Source: Sedimentisphaerales bacterium (GTDB lineage Bacteria > Planctomycetota > Phycisphaerae > Sedimentisphaerales > Anaerobacaceae). Taken from it: a stretch of DNA of 64,000 nucleotides. Numbering within the stretch: position 1 is the first letter of the stretch; each line of letters opens with the position of its first letter. The DNA lies in the NCBI GenBank assembly GCA_050015775.1, contig JBEKAT010000001.1, forward strand, positions 1,238-65,237, given 5' to 3'. The translations under genes and the position numbers were made by a program. The notes beneath the pieces are model-generated. The model was not told the DNA's origin. It did no database searches and saw only the letters and a list, made by a program, of their open reading frames with translations. Positions 62,768-64,000 of the stretch are shown here, piece after piece.

Positions 62768-64000
62768 GATGACAATCGCAAAACAAGCAAATGGTTTCAA
62801 TCGCAGGGGATTTTTGAAGAGGGTAACGGGGGCGGCGGGAGCGATGGCGATTCCTTACATTGTGCCGTCTTCGGTATTTGGAGCCGACGGGGCTGTTGCG
62901 CCGAGTAATAAACTGCACGTAGGGATGATTGGTGTCGGCAGCCAGGGGACATGGGATATGCGTGGATTCTTGGATAAGTCGGAGGCGCTGGTTGTGGCGG
63001 TCTGCGATATAGATGTGAAACATCAGAAGGCGGCCAAGACGGAGACGGACCTGAAATACGGCAACAGCGACTGCAAGACGTACGGTGATTTTCGCGATGT
63101 GATTGCGAGAAGCGATATAGATATAATAGCGACGGCGGTGCCCGATCACTGGCATTCGATACCTGCGATAATGGCTGCGCAGGCGGGCAAGGATATTCAC
63201 GGGCAAAAGCCGTTAGCCAGGACGATTCGGGAGGGCAGGGCGATATGCGATGCGGTGAAGCGATACGGGAGGGTTTGGCAAACGGGTAGCTGGCAGCGGT
63301 CGGTGTATAATTTCCGGCGTGCGTGCGAACTGGTGCGCAACGGCAGGATAGGCAAGGTTCATACGGTTGAGGTTGGTTTGCCGACGGGAAGCACGCGAGG
63401 CAATGAGTCGATTAAGCCGGTGCCTGAGGGGGTTGACTGGGATATGTGGTTAGGACCCGCACCGTGGGTGCCGTTCAGGGGGGTTTTGCACTGGGACTGG
63501 CGATGGATTATGGATTATTCGGGTGGACAGATGACCGACTGGGCGGGCCATCACATTGATATCGCGCACTGGGCGCTGGATTTGGAGAGAACGGGGCCGG
63601 TGGAAATAGAGGGCAAAGGGACATATCCGTTGGACGGGATATTTAACGTTCCTTATCAGTATAAGGTAACGACGAAATACGCCAACGGGCTGACGATGAT
63701 TATCGCCAACGATAGGCAGCTGCCGCACGGGATGGGGACATGCTGGTACGGGGACAGGGGCTGGCTCCACGTTACTCGCGATGAGCCGATTCACGCGAAC
63801 CCGAAAAGCGTGGTGGATGAGGTAATAGGGCCCAACGAGATTCATTTATACGAGAGCAAGGACCACCATCAGAATTTCCTGGATTGTGTCAAGAGCAGGC
63901 GAGAGACGATTACACCCGCGGAAGTGGCGCACCGGTCGCTGACGCCAGCGCTGCTGGGTGAAATTGCGATGCTGACGGGCAGAAAGTTGAAATGGGACCC
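62768..64000 (+). CDS. Tat-signal Gfo/Idh/MocA-family oxidoreductase (GH109-like architecture), 3' partial at the window edge
   Basis: Not in the ORF track because there is no stop in the window. My translation from ATG 62768 is MTIAKQANGFNRRGFLKRVTGAAGAMAIPYIV ... LHVGMIGVGSQG ... DIHGQKPL ... DWDMWLGPAPW ... MDYSGGQMTDWAGHHIDIAHW. This shows a twin-arginine motif plus a Rossmann fold. Confidence 0.75.

Noticed and set aside
62742-63206. 154-aa minus-strand ORF
   Set aside because: It is antisense to the Tat-signal Gfo/Idh/MocA gene, which I translated by hand, and it is Arg/His-rich.

Overview
This 64 kb window holds about 47 protein-coding genes, one intact tRNA-Ser(GCT) and one truncated tRNA(CAT) remnant. 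I found no rRNA, no CRISPR array and no recognisable transposase or integrase. All family calls come from reading motifs in the supplied translations; no searches were run.

The gene content suggests a polysaccharide-degrading member of the PVC superphylum (Planctomycetota/Phycisphaerae-like or Kiritimatiellota-like). The basis is a DUF1559-type pseudopilin with an N-terminal methylation motif, a PEP-CTERM anchor, dockerin-like tails, a XylR/AraC hybrid regulator and a Tat-signal Gfo/Idh/MocA enzyme. This taxonomic placement is inference only.

Left half (1-30.7 kb) is a carbohydrate-active region:
- beta-propeller glycoside hydrolases, DUF2961/GH172, GH127 and a PHP phosphoesterase;
- a ribokinase plus ribose-type (CUT2) ABC transporter operon;
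- a regulator-linked cluster of a pseudopilin-like protein, three LamG secreted proteins and a GH9, ending at tRNA-Ser.

Right half is mostly housekeeping genes: a sigma-70 factor, apt, prmC, asnS, glyQS, mutS, an mnmE-like GTPase, coaX, obg, rpmA and rnpA. These are interrupted by CAZyme and esterase genes (SGNH/CE2-like, GH116, SASA-type esterase, a second GH9, a Gfo/Idh/MocA plus TIM-barrel isomerase trio). They are also interrupted by two small accessory inserts.

Most interesting observations:
1. The regulator-linked pseudopilin/LamG/GH9 cluster, whose members share a dockerin-like C-terminal module and a PEP-CTERM-anchored LamG paralog, with no cohesin in view.
2. An AT-richer two-gene islet at 56.3-57.8 kb, with its own near-consensus promoter, a PD-(D/E)xK nuclease-like gene and a frame-broken unknown partner.
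3. An overlapping small-ORF/nucleotidyltransferase-fold pair inserted in the housekeeping run at 48.5-49.1 kb.
4. A family of very short tandem repeats (7-12 nt units) in intergenic spacers, which also appears to encode a lipoprotein linker.
5. Decay relics: a tRNA 5' fragment and an aldolase C-terminal remnant.
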